From Psilocybe cubensis (taxonomy: Eukaryota): a stretch of DNA of 64,000 nt. The stretch lies in NCBI GenBank assembly GCA_017499595.2, contig CM039002.1, positions 1,550,001-1,614,000 on the forward strand, written 5' to 3'. Below, in pieces: positions 1 through 11,706 of this stretch (within the stretch, counting starts at the first letter, position 1; every line of letters begins with the position of its first letter). Both the position numbers and the translations under genes were made by a program. The notes beneath the pieces were generated by a model. That model did no database searches. It worked only from the letters and a program-made list of their open reading frames with translations, and was not told where the DNA came from.

Positions 1-782
1 GAGGAATATGAAGCTCAGGTCAAGTCCTGGCGCGCCCGCTCAGCTGAGGAGCGCGAAAAGGCCGAAAAAGAGCGCTTGAGATGGGAAGCCATTCGCGCTA
101 TTGAGAAGGAAGAAGCGGCGAAAAGGAAAGCTGCAGGAATTGTCGACGAACCGGTAGTAGCCCCCACTCAACCTCCAGAAGAAAAGTGGGAGGACGTCAA
201 AACTTCCAGTGAGACCACACCCGAAACCCCTGCTTCCAAAGTCGAAACAGCGCCCTCAAATATAAAAGAGGCATCAGAGCTGGTACATAATCATTTTCAT
301 TGCTATTTTTCTTTTCTAATTTCTTGTTACAGAAAGTTCCCTCTTCACCCACACCACCATTACCCCGCACAGTCTCGCATCAAGACACCGCTACCACCAC
401 GGACGATTCACAGAAATGGGAGGATGTACCTTCCGTGACTTCATCCTTCCCTTCAATGTCCTTCCCGGAAAACATAGAGGCATCCACTCCCGCCAACCGT
501 GAACAACCTGCTCCTGCCCCCGCCCCTGTGTCTGTGTCCCTAGCCATCTTCGATTCGTCGCTCTCAACACGCACCCGGGTAACGGCTTTAATCTCTTCCC
601 TGGCTGTCAACTTGTTCCTCCCATTCGTTAACGGTGTTATGCTTGGGTTCGGTGAAATCTTTGCTAAAGATGTCGTCATGCGATGGCTGGGCTGGAAACC
701 CTCTGGACCAGCGTCAACCGTGACGAATGTTGGTTTGAGGTCAAGTTCTCGTGAAGAACGCCAAAGGAACGCTTTCCGGTGA
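1..782 (+). CDS. Mim1/Tom13-like mitochondrial outer-membrane import protein with charged N-terminal extension (5' end outside window)
   Basis: Open frame from base 1; GT-AG intron 283-332 joins it in frame to the 333-782 exon; C-terminal SSLAVNLFLPFVNGVMLGFGEIFA resembles the Mim1 TM signature. Confidence 0.75.
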
Positions 783-924
783 CAAAATCGGACGAATTAA
801 AACCCATTCGTATTCTTGTATAGGCGCCAAAATATACATAATGCTAATAATTTGCATGCTAGTCGTCCGGGATATTATATTATGAAATTACAGTAATTAA
901 TGGTTCGATACACCATGAGGGAAA

Positions 925-3557
925 CTATAGTCTCGAGTTTTTGGGAATTCCACGGATTGCCTGTCGGACGCCGAGGTCTCCCAACACATCTTCAGCTCCT
1001 CCAAGGATACTGAGAGAGAGAGAGAGGGAAAGAATCAGCAAGCTGCTCCATTAATTACTTGATGTAAAAACTTACGCATCGAATGGAACAGTGCGGTGGT
1101 ACTGGTGACATGAGTATAGTTAATCAAACATATGGCAATGAAAACTTACGTGTTCAATGAACTCTCCCATCCCTATTATTTGTTGTGGTGAGTTTCAAAT
1201 CAAAAACAGGATGTGTAAACCTAGCCTCACCTGTCCTGGTAATACCACGGCCACCGAAGATCTGGACAGCATCCGCAGCGGTTTCCTGAGCAGTGCGAGT
1301 GGCTTGCATCTTCAAAATACCGATGGGACTGTATCATCACATTAGTCAACGCGGTACGCAGCTATACAGTGCGAAAATTTATACCCAGCCAATTTGGCAG
1401 CTTGCTGCTTGTATGACTGTTATGCAAAGAAAAAAGCATCAGGGGCGTAAGAATGGAAAGACGCGGAAGATCATCTTACCATGTTGTTCATCTGGTAAGT
1501 GATGTTTTCGAGCCAGTTTTGGATGGTTTCCACTCGGGCAATCATTCCCGCAAGTTTGTGACGGATGACGGCTTGCGAGTGAAGAGGCTTGCCGAATGCC
1601 TTGCGCTGGTTGGTCCACCTATGCGGAAAATGTTAGGAGGAGAAAAACAACGGTGACTATCCCTTACTTGAGGCATTCCTCGACGACCAGACGCTGACTT
1701 CTGGCAGACGAGCAGATCATGACCCATCGCTCGTGGTTGAAGTTGCTGAGCATGACGAAGATTCCTCCGCCCTCAGGGCCGAGAGTGTTTTCAACAGGAA
1801 CCTTGACATTGTCGAAGGAAATGAAGGCTGTTCCAGCGGTAGGAGACTGTCCTAAAATCAGTATTACGAAACTACTGATAAAAATTAATTTAACTCACGT
1901 AGCTCGTTTTAATGGGCTTTGTCTCTACACCCTCTCCTCTCTCAACGAGGATAACAGTGAAACCATCCTACAACGCTGTAAATAACACTGCATAAATGTG
2001 GGAAATACGACATACATCTGTCTTGCATCCAACAGTGAAGCTAGAAATATGATAAGTACTCCAATTAGCATGCGAAAGAAAAAACCATACTAGTGAGCGA
2101 ATCTGTGGCGAACTGTACTTAGCAAAATCATTCAGCGCAAAACAATACAAAGGCACTTACGTTCCGTTGGTGATCCATTTCTTGGTACCGTTGATAATCC
2201 AGTGCTTTCCATCCTGGGTCTTGGTAGCAGTGGTTCGCAGACCAGCAACATCACTTCCTGCGAATGCCTCTGAAATGGCCAAGCAAATGGGTTTCTCTCC
2301 CGACAACACCTCGGGAACGACCTTGTCTCTGATAGCAGGGCTAGCGAAGTTGAGGACAGGAGGAAGTCCGATGACGGAACCAGCCATCAAGCCTGAGGGG
2401 TTGTATGAGAATTATGGACAACATGGAAATTAACAATGCTCACCATCTCCGTAGCCGCGCTTACCACAGCGGGCAAATTCTTGGGTAATGATCATCTGTG
2501 TATCGAGGTTCACTTTTTCTGTTCGGTGCATGGCCATGGATAAATACCTCGTGGAAGTAGTCGAACTAAGATAAGAGGTGTTCAGCATGTTTGGCAGTAT
2601 AAATGGTGTTGGATGGTTTCTCACCTCCTCGGGTTTGACAATGCCTCCCATGAGCTCAAGTCCTTTCAGGTGTTTTCCAGGACCCATACGCATGGCATGC
2701 AGGTTGAGTTTGCTGTAAGATATCCGTTAGGAAAACTAGTTTCAACAGTGATTGTAAATAGACGCCTTACGCCATAGCCTCAATGACGCTCTTGCTAGGC
2801 GGTTTGCCATCTTCTTCATGGAGCTAAGGGAGAGAGAATGGGGTTATTCTCTCGTCGAAATGATGCAATGTTGATGAAAAGGACTCACGGCAGCGTCAGG
2901 AGAGATAACTTCATCGATGAATTTGCGGACGGCTTTCTGGAATTTACGATGGTTCTAAAGTCACAGATATCAGAAAGGACTACTCGACCCCTGATAATTC
3001 AGTAAATTCTCACCTCGGTGTAATAGGGGGATTTGTAGCCCTCGGACAACCATGTAGGCTCAGCATAAGGAACTTTGCTGAGTTCGCCGGGAACCTTGCC
3101 GGTAATCACACTTTGTTCACCCTCGACGACACCGACTTGGAGGCGGGCGTATTGAGGCCTGAGGATGACCTCGTGCTTATGGAGACCATAGAAAGCCTCG
3201 GTAGCGTCCTTTCCGGCTAAATTTCATCCGTCAAATTAACTGAACGCACGCGGGCGATGAATAAGAAATATTCCGCACCGATTTCATCGTCGACGAGGAC
3301 GGAGGCACCTCCGGGGTGCATGTTCTTGAAGCGCGTCAAGTCATAGACTTTTCCGTCAATGATAACCCACTATGTAAAGCCATGTAAGATAAGCGACGTA
3401 TAGAACAGTTGTTGAGAAGACTCACGAGGTCTGTGTCTTTGTTGTGCTAATAAACAACATCACGGTTAGATCGGGTATTAAACAGGTTGAGGACAGGAGA
3501 CCAACGAACCTTCGCAACCTCCTCGTGCGTATAGGTCTTGAATTCTTTGGTGGCCAT
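925..3557 (-). CDS. Acyl-CoA dehydrogenase with N-terminal cytochrome b5 domain, copy 1, predicted peroxisomal (multi-exon)
   Basis: ATG at 3557 ([16 protein letters not shown]); b5 motifs [11 protein letters not shown] and HPGG; ACAD motifs [31 protein letters not shown]; ends PKNSRL* (PTS1). Confidence 0.9.
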
Positions 3558-4660
3558 TGTAATAGTACGAAGAGATGTGCGGGGTATTGGTTAAGAAAAA
3601 CTCGGAGTGGTCGAATTGCGGAGTGGTAGATAAAAAGCGGGGCTGCTGGGCATGTGATTTCGGGCTGGCAAAGTTGTAGCCATGAGACAAGTCTTAGTGA
3701 CGGCAACTATAACGGATCGGAGCCACCAATCGCGTTTACCGCATTGAACAAGCATATCTCATTTTATATTCTCCGAAAGAAACACAAGCAAATGCTGCTA
3801 CTCTGTGCTTTTTTACATCTCCTATTGTGTACCCCGCAAACATAACCTGTATAAATACCGTAACACGCGGTGTTCATCATGAGGGGCCTGATTTCGCTAC
3901 TCTTGCTGCCCAGTGCCTTCCAGCAGATGTCCATTGGCCACAGGTATACCTTGACGAGAATGGTATTGCTTTCACGGACCCACTGATTTATTTTTGGCAT
4001 ATTCTTATAGGCACCGTGACGCAGGACCGCTTGATTTTGACACGGCGTTAAAGATAATCTGAGAGAACGCAATCTCATCAAAAGGCTGGTTCGTCTCAAA
4101 ATCAATGACACAACTTTACTGATGGAAAGCGCCAGGTGTCAGCCATACTATCAATAACTCACCCATACCATCAAGTTTGACATTCTGAACTCAACTAGGT
4201 GATGCGAGCAAATAACCCTCGTATTTGCTTTGGTTCGCGTGATATATCATTAAATGATGCGCGCGTCGTAGCAAAAAGATACAATCGTGTCGAATGGATC
4301 CAGGCTGCATGACAGTAAATAAACAAACAAGTGCAAGGAAATGTGGAATGGCCGCCATCTGGGCTCAGAAGTTGCGTTCTACACAAACGGAAGGTCGCGG
4401 ACAGTTAAAACATTAGGACGGAAAGGCCGACCATAGTAGATCCAAGTGATCTATGGTTCCGGAATGAAGTTGAAAGGCTACCGTGAGCCTGAAAATAGGG
4501 TGTTGGTTTTAAACCGGTGATACGAAAGGGCGAATCGCAACAGACAGCAGATAAGGAAAAAAGGAAACGTAAGATGGGCCGGGGTATGAGCGGTGTACAA
4601 GGGAAGGATGGATATGTGAAGGGGAAGGTGTGTATTTGGGTTGGTGAGTGGTCGTGTTCA

Positions 4661-5626
4661 TCAGAAATTGGACCATGTTAAGATGGAATGTCGCGACGGG
4701 CCAGATTCTTCTAGGTTGATGGTAATGCCCAGACTGGTACTTCTGACGGGTCTCTCTGCTCGCAAACCTTTCACAGGTTTCATGAAGCACCATGCCGGTA
4801 CTACACCGAGCTCAGTAGTTTCAGCCTCCGCAGCCGGAGCTGATTTGAAGAGGGATTTGGCGGTGGGGAATAGAGACTTGTTCTCGCGTCCGACCACGCA
4901 CCATCCATCGTCAAAGGACTGGACGACCGTCAGTTGTTCGTTTACGCTGATAAGCAATTCGTCGGGAAGAACGGGATCAAACGTCTGGCGGACTTTACGC
5001 GTCGACCCTGTGGTCGCGCTAATGTTGGAGGAGGCGGTTGAAAGCACGGAGGAGCGGTTGCTGGGGAAGCGGTTACTGCCCAAAAAGCTTACCCACGAAT
5101 TGCGGGCACTTGATGGGGCGTCTAGAGTGCTGGCTGGGAACGCCGGCATTTCCAATGCTGGTTTTGCGGCGAAGGGTTTGGGTATCGAGCCAGTTCTGCG
5201 GTGGTAATCGATAACCGCATCTCGAGTAGCAGGAGGGGACAGCGCCTTGTCTGGGAAGACAATCGTTGGAGAGTTGATATCACTCAAAAAGCCTTTAGCA
5301 ACGCGCCTAAAATGCGATGAGGTTGAAATGGTCAGATTAATTAATTAATTTTTTCCAAGGGAGTTTTCCAGATGCACTGACTGTTCAAAGCCCTCTTTTT
5401 CTCCCTCCTGGTTCGGGTCGTCGCGCACGAGCCCTTTGACTGAGAGGAATGCTGCTCCTGTCTTTTCCTGTCGTTTGGCAGCCATACGCTTTCGGAAGAA
5501 GCGCAGACCCATCCAGAGTCCAGCACCTACGAGAATTACAATGGCTACAATGAGACCTGCGAGGTAGATAGGATTCGCGAGTGTAGGCCCATCCGAGTCC
5601 TCTGCTCTGGCGACAAGAACAGGCAT
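4661..5626 (-). CDS. Single-pass membrane protein with C-terminal SH3 domain
   Basis: TM IYLAGLIVAIVILVGAGLWMGL followed by RFFRKR; in-frame 75-nt intron 5307-5381; SH3 motifs FDPVLPDEL, DDGWC, GVVPAWC. Confidence 0.8.
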
Positions 5627-6473
5627 TTTTCAAAAGCGCACGAAAGGGGTAGTGTTGCAAGACGTGAATGTTTAAAGAATGTGAGCGGACGCGGAGTCCA
5701 ATGTGATGCCGTGGGGGCGTGAAGAGGGAAAAAGGATCGTAACGTCTAAACGAACAATGAAGAGCGAAGTAAGAAAAGGACGATAAGTATATTAATATCC
5801 GCGCACAAAATGAACCAAGAACCAGCACAATTCCCGACCCTGGAAAAAGTTGGCAGTCCATTTCCACTTTTGGCCATGAACTGGATATATCGGGCATGCT
5901 TGGCGTTCGTTGGTAACCACAGCCGTTGCAACGTAGCGTGGCAACTCAAAAATAGAATCAATTGTGTCAACATCCGCATTCAGCTTCGTATGTTGCGCGT
6001 TCACTGTGAAGTAGAGCGAGGCCGAACTAAAACTTTTCTTTACTGCAACGTATTTCTTCTAGTGAATATAATGCGCAACTTTTAGGGTTCGACATGCAAA
6101 TTGAATTTTGTTTGGCAACAGTCGTGAAGTTGAATGGTGGATATTGTGGAGTTGGCGTGGGTGGCGAAAAGGCAACGAACATTAATTTGATGTATCCGGA
6201 TAATTGAAGGATCAGCACCGTATAATGAATATTAAATGATGGAATTTACGCAGAATTTATACCTTTTCTTTGGCGAAGGCATTTCTCCGATTAGCGCCCA
6301 TGTAGTACTCTTCCATGCCTTTGCGAGAGGCATAAATAGACGCCAAGAAAGAGGCTCGGATACTACATGGAAAATGTAATTCATTAGTACATATTTTACA
6401 GCAATTGAACCGCAACAAGGTAAGTACAATGGTATATATCTACGGTGTATATCAAACGTTTTACTATATCAAC

Positions 6474-7928
6474 TCAGTGTTTAAATTCAGCCTTGATACT
6501 CGCCAACATATCCTTCGTGGTCTTCTTGGGCTTCCATCCAAGCTCCCGGCCTCTGTCTGCTCTGCAACGGGAGTTCGTTCCCATCATAGTGCCATTAGGG
6601 AAATATTTCTTGGTCTCTTCCTCGGTGAATGGAGTTGGATTCGCGTCTTTACTTTTTCCAAGGGATACCATGACCTTTCCAATGGCCAAACCGACATCGT
6701 AGAGCGTATGCTCCCCGTTCTCGCCAAAGTAGAAACCAGATGGGCCATGTGCCAGGTCGGGATGCGGGGTTATTGCGCGGTGTGGGTGAGAATGGGTGTC
6801 ACTTCTGTGAGGCACGATGCTGTCGATGAGTACGACGTAGAGGTCGACAACTTTACGATGGCAAAAATGTAAGAGGAGAGTACAGAGGACGAATGTTAAA
6901 CCGATCTCACCGTCGTGAATATGGACATTGGGCCAAATGTTCTTTCCTAGGCCAACCATGCCCGCCTGTCCGCGGTCAAGACTCAATTCTACAAGCTGAG
7001 GAATCTGTTGCGAGTGTGCGTTCTGAAGGCCGGCGTCTACAAGCGGGCCTGTGGCAATTCCGTAGATAGTACTCGGAAGCACAATATATGTTCTCACGTA
7101 GCCTGCCATTCGAAAAGATGATGTCATTTAACGACATTGCATAATTTCGAACTGAAGCTATTAGATATCGTACCTTCCTTGTCTGCGTCAACTATAGCCA
7201 AATCGACAGAACGGTGAGGCTGAGTTATAGGTATGGACTCCATTTGCTCGATGTTGAGGTCGGAGTATATCACGTCGGTTGCCTTCATTCCTTGTGCGTC
7301 GTCTACCAATACACCTTGGACGCTAACGATAAATTCGTGCTGCAATCAGAAATAGATGGTATTTACACACCAGTTCCAGACTAAAATGTAACTTCGCATC
7401 AGTCATATCAGTTGGAGCATCTCTAGGAATAGGTACTGACGGTATGAATGAGCGATGGTACTTTTCCCGTCTTTTCAAACCGTCTCTTGAGGCCCCGCAA
7501 GATTGCCTTTGCCGCACCTTCGTCATCCGCATCAGCCTAACCATCAAGATGTAAGCAATCCGTGCACAGAAAACATTGCAAAAAATGGTACTCGCACAAG
7601 CGATAACGAGATCCGCATCCGCCGCCGTATCCTCGAGCAGTTGCAGGTCAGAGTGTGAGCCAACGACGGTATGGATGCCCATCATCCGGAACTGGGATGC
7701 CTTCGCTGCATCCCTAACGAGAATTGTGAGGCGGAATGTGTCTGACAGGGGGTGCTTTAACAGGGAGGCGAGAACGCTGCCCCCGATATAACCTGCAACA
7801 TCCATGAACTGAGGTCAGCGAGAACTTTGGTAGGCCGTTGACCTAGCAGTTCATCTCGTTCAAAGACTGCTCGTACCTGTCGCTCCGGTCAGAAATATGT
7901 GAGTCTTGATTGTGAGATGGCCGTGCAT
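6474..7928 (-). CDS. NAD(P)-binding Rossmann-fold protein (NmrA/epimerase-like atypical SDR), multi-exon
   Basis: Spliced IFLTGATG-YIGG nucleotide-binding motif; later IVLPSTIYG, WPNVHIHD, ELGWKP. Confidence 0.85.
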
Positions 7929-10269
7929 GATTCAGTTCGCGCCTTGTTGCAGTTGGGTTAATTGCAAGTGTTGTCAATGGCAAGTGTAGAATGCAGGCTA
8001 GTAGAATGAATTTCAAATGGACTTATTCTACGAGGTGAGTGAAGAATTAGAGAACGAAATCGAATGTACTGGAGGTGGTGGAAAGAGTGCAAGTCTGTCA
8101 ACTATAAAAAGGGGTGAGTGACGTGATATTCACTTTGTCCGTTGTGATTCAAGTTGGACGATGTGCGCGGGTCAGAAAACAAAGATAGAATCGTTCGCGA
8201 GCTGATATGAATGGCATGTCTTCCTCCGAAGATTTGGGAATGGATGCACTGTTCCTCTATAGCAAGGATATCGGGGATGGCATTATTGGCGTCATAATCG
8301 CTGTTGCTTCAATGTCTCTTCCTTCGAGGTGGCAACTCCGAAGGCCGCACCCGAGGGGGATGACCGGAACTACCGGCACTCGGCTACCATTTACCCGGAT
8401 CGGCGCTACCTTGTATCTTGGCACCGATCCTTATAGTCCGGTCTTGCGAGGCAGTGAAGACACTCAGTGCAATTTTGATGCAGCAGAGAGTGGTTCTACA
8501 CTTTATGGAAGATGGAAAACAGAAAAAAAGCTAGGTGGCTCTAATAATCTGATAACGTTCGGTTTAAGATTGTCTCGCTGTAGTGCGAATGAGATGCCGG
8601 CGAGCACAACCACTTAATGCACTAGGGCCACAGGCGCCTAATTTTGAGGGCATCATTGGTCGACATCTATAACTTCGAGATAGTAAACTCTCCAAATTTC
8701 TTCTCTACGGAGGTAATAGCTCATCATCTACGTAGAATAAATATCCGCTTTTTATAACGTTTCTGGCAAACACCATTGGATGACCAACTCCTTTGTCAGA
8801 GTAACTGCCAAATTATTATTGGATATTTGATGGTCTAGAGAAATATTATAAGTCCCAGACAAGCTATCAGAACACCGTGGACATCCGATGAGATGATGCA
8901 GCAAAAACATATCTTCCTTTAATTTTCCCAGTGGGTCTGTTAATTGATGTAGACATTATTGATTTCAATGAGACCACCATGTGGCATGCTCATCGCATCT
9001 ATCAATGTTCTGTCTAAACCCAGGGCCTTGATAGATTGGGTCACGGGGCAAGCGGATTGAGCATTGCTATTCATAGTACGTTGGATAATGTTAGAATATT
9101 GCGGACCTGTACCTGGAGTAGGAATAGAATAGTAAAAAAAATTGCTGTACTGCCAGTTAGTTGAAGGGGTAAATGTTCAAATAGTAAATGGGACCTGCTA
9201 TTTGACATCGCAAAGTCATTCCAAAAACAAGAGGTGTCTTGGGCTGTTTATGTACAGAAAAGGTGCTCCTTGAAGTGTGACATGATGGTTATAGCAGGAG
9301 AAGAGCATATCATCCTATGGACCCACGTAGTATGTCAAATCTCCAGAAAAAGGCAAAAATTTGAACATTAGGGATGAATTTTTTATATGAGAAAATTTGG
9401 CCAGGATATGTGGTGATGCGTCTCTGGGAGCCTTTGTGAACCAAATACAAGGAAGAACATGGTAGTAATTCCAATCAACGAGCAAGAAGTGCTCCTTTCT
9501 GGTGAATGATAAATGAATTGTGTATCCATCACAGTTTGTGGAGGTGGCGGTGGAGAAAGGTGGACTAGGATGGAGTGCGTTGCGAGTTCCAAGCGCGCTA
9601 ATGGTCTAACCGATCATTCCTCAGAAACGTACTAACGGCGCCCGACCAGGCGGCGAAACATGAACATGAACGCAAAGGATGGGGTCAAAAAATTGGCGAG
9701 CGCTCACAATACGAGCATAATGTGGGGCATATATGTCGTTTACAAAGGAGATGGGGGCGAATAGTTTTGGAACAGTGATGATCAACGACAGGGATGATGG
9801 CAGGAGGCTTTCCCCCAAAGCGATTATCAGCAGCAGAATCTGAAGCTAGGCGTTTTGAGCAAGCCGGATTATCAGCAAATATGCAGCCGCGCTGAAACGC
9901 GGGGTGTCCGGAGGTTTATTTTTAAATATGAGCGTGATCTCACGGGAGTCACAGTGTGACAAATGGAATTTGGACGCTCTTGACAACGGATCCATTCGTT
10001 GACCCAGAACACCTACGAGTGCACTCCGTCCGACGCTCAGCTTCTTCTTTGCAGTATTTGGATGTTCTAGTCCACTGGGTTTCGTTCGTATTTTATCTCA
10101 TTTCACTGCCATGTCCGTATCTGACATATGTTTGCATCAATTCACATCCCTGCCTCATCTCTACTTGTTTTAGATTCAATTACAGCCTTCATCACGGCCC
10201 CTTCCATTCTTTTATTCTGCATACAAGCCCGCTCTTTTTTCCTTCTCTGTCCACTTGCTCACGCTCGTC

Positions 10270-11706
10270 ATGGTCGCCCACGAACGTCCTATTCACCTTG
10301 CGAAGCGGCAAGGTCCAGATCCGCTCAGTGTCTCCGACGCTATAGGCGTCAACCCATCGTCTACACTTGTGGTCGATACTGCAGCGGCGACATCCGTAAC
10401 AAACCTTGCTTTCAATCCCACTGCTTCGAGTAATCCCGGTGCTACAGCACCTCCCCTGAACCCCGCAAACCCATTCTCAACGCCGGTGGTTACTAGCTCA
10501 GTGACGCAGATAAGCGCTGCATCTTCTACATCGGAACCTGTTCCTACAGCAGCAGATGCCTCTTCGGGCGACTCTTCGCCATCCTCTCTCTCTGCAAGCG
10601 CGAAACCCACTATAGCCATGGGCACAGTAATTGGCTCTTGCGTCGGTGCCTTCGTTGGTGCCAGCTTACTCATTCTCATTGCGCTGTGGTATTACAAACG
10701 CTATTCCAAGTCCCTCAAAGCCCGTGTAAATGCACGCGGGCCGCTCTCGCACAGTCGCAATCTTAATGCGGGCGAGCAGCGGAGATCGCGTCTCGAGCCA
10801 TGGAACAAGCTCGAAGATAGCGACGACAAATGGGAGGACATGTACCAGACAAAGGAAATGAAGGAAACCGAACAAGTGGCGCCAATGGAGAAGCTAACGA
10901 TGTTCAAGAAGACACCTAGCGTGCGTACGGCATACACGCACAAGTCGACCAATATTGCCTCTTTTGACTTCCCTCAGACTTATTCGGATATCGGCGCGAC
11001 CCAGGCTCAGGCGACTCCTATGCCAGTTCCCCGCCCGTTCCTTGATCGAATTGACGTCAACCCGGAGATGACATCGAGCTGGGAGACACAGACAGGCAAT
11101 GGATCATATCTCTCTGTCCACTCACAAGCCGATGGAGGGAGGATGTCACCTACAACCGCTATGGCAATTCCCACCCCACATCCCGTTGCCTCAGAAGCAC
11201 ACAAATGGGAGTCTGCCGAAGTGGTGCACTACACGGACGCCGCTCCTATCGCAGACGCCGCCAGCGACCCGGAAGCCAACAACAGAAGGAGCATCCATAA
11301 TCCATTCTTCAATGCTCAGGACACCGATTTCCAGCCGCGATCGCGCTCTAACTCAGTCGTCAAGTCGGCCAAGTCGAAAGGCAAAGAGAAAATGCGCTAC
11401 TCGAACGTGTCGACTGTCTCAGCCGCGCACTCGGTGAATCCATTTGAGGACATTAACACAGAACTACCTCCGCGCCCTACGTTTGTGCAGCATGCGGCGA
11501 CAGCTTCGTCGTCGTCGACGGAGAGCAAGGAGCGCGCGCTGCAGTCGCTGATTGCGGCGCTTGACGTATCGGAGGATGAAGTTAGAGACCGTTTGCGGAT
11601 TGCGTCGATGCAGCCGTCGGTCATCTCACAAACGTCAACTGCTGGGTATGACGAGGAAGCCGACGTAACGAAGGAGTTCCCGCTCCCACCTCCCAGGGCC
11701 GCATAA
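10270..11706 (+). CDS. Intronless Ser/Thr-rich single-pass membrane protein with disordered cytoplasmic tail
   Basis: ~478-aa ORF from ATG 10270; S/T/P-rich N-terminus, TM VIGSCVGAFVGASLLILIALWYY then KR, NPF motifs in the tail. Confidence 0.8.
   Translation: MVAHERPIHLAKRQGPDPLSVSDAIGVNPSSTLVVDTAAATSVTNLAFNPTASSNPGATAPPLNPANPFSTPVVTSSVTQISAASSTSEPVPTAADASSGDSSPSSLSASAKPTIAMGTVIGSCVGAFVGASLLILIALWYYKRYSKSLKARVNARGPLSHSRNLNAGEQRRSRLEPWNKLEDSDDKWEDMYQTKEMKETEQVAPMEKLTMFKKTPSVRTAYTHKSTNIASFDFPQTYSDIGATQAQATPMPVPRPFLDRIDVNPEMTSSWETQTGNGSYLSVHSQADGGRMSPTTAMAIPTPHPVASEAHKWESAEVVHYTDAAPIADAASDPEANNRRSIHNPFFNAQDTDFQPRSRSNSVVKSAKSKGKEKMRYSNVSTVSAAHSVNPFEDINTELPPRPTFVQHAATASSSSTESKERALQSLIAALDVSEDEVRDRLRIASMQPSVISQTSTAGYDEEADVTKEFPLPPPRAA

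Noticed and set aside
1012-1027. (GA)n run in an ACAD intron; likewise the (TTG)n run near 34548-34567
   Set aside because: Ordinary short microsatellites; no CRISPR-like or higher-order repeat array seen in the window
3760-4190. Short protein-like ORFs between ACAD copy 1 and the SH3 gene
   Set aside because: No recognisable motif, start or consistent splice pattern; could be a decayed fragment but cannot be supported
8000-10200. 136-aa ORF at 8207-8617 and other small ORFs in a long intergenic region
   Set aside because: No domain signature or coding-like composition; likely promoter or UTR sequence
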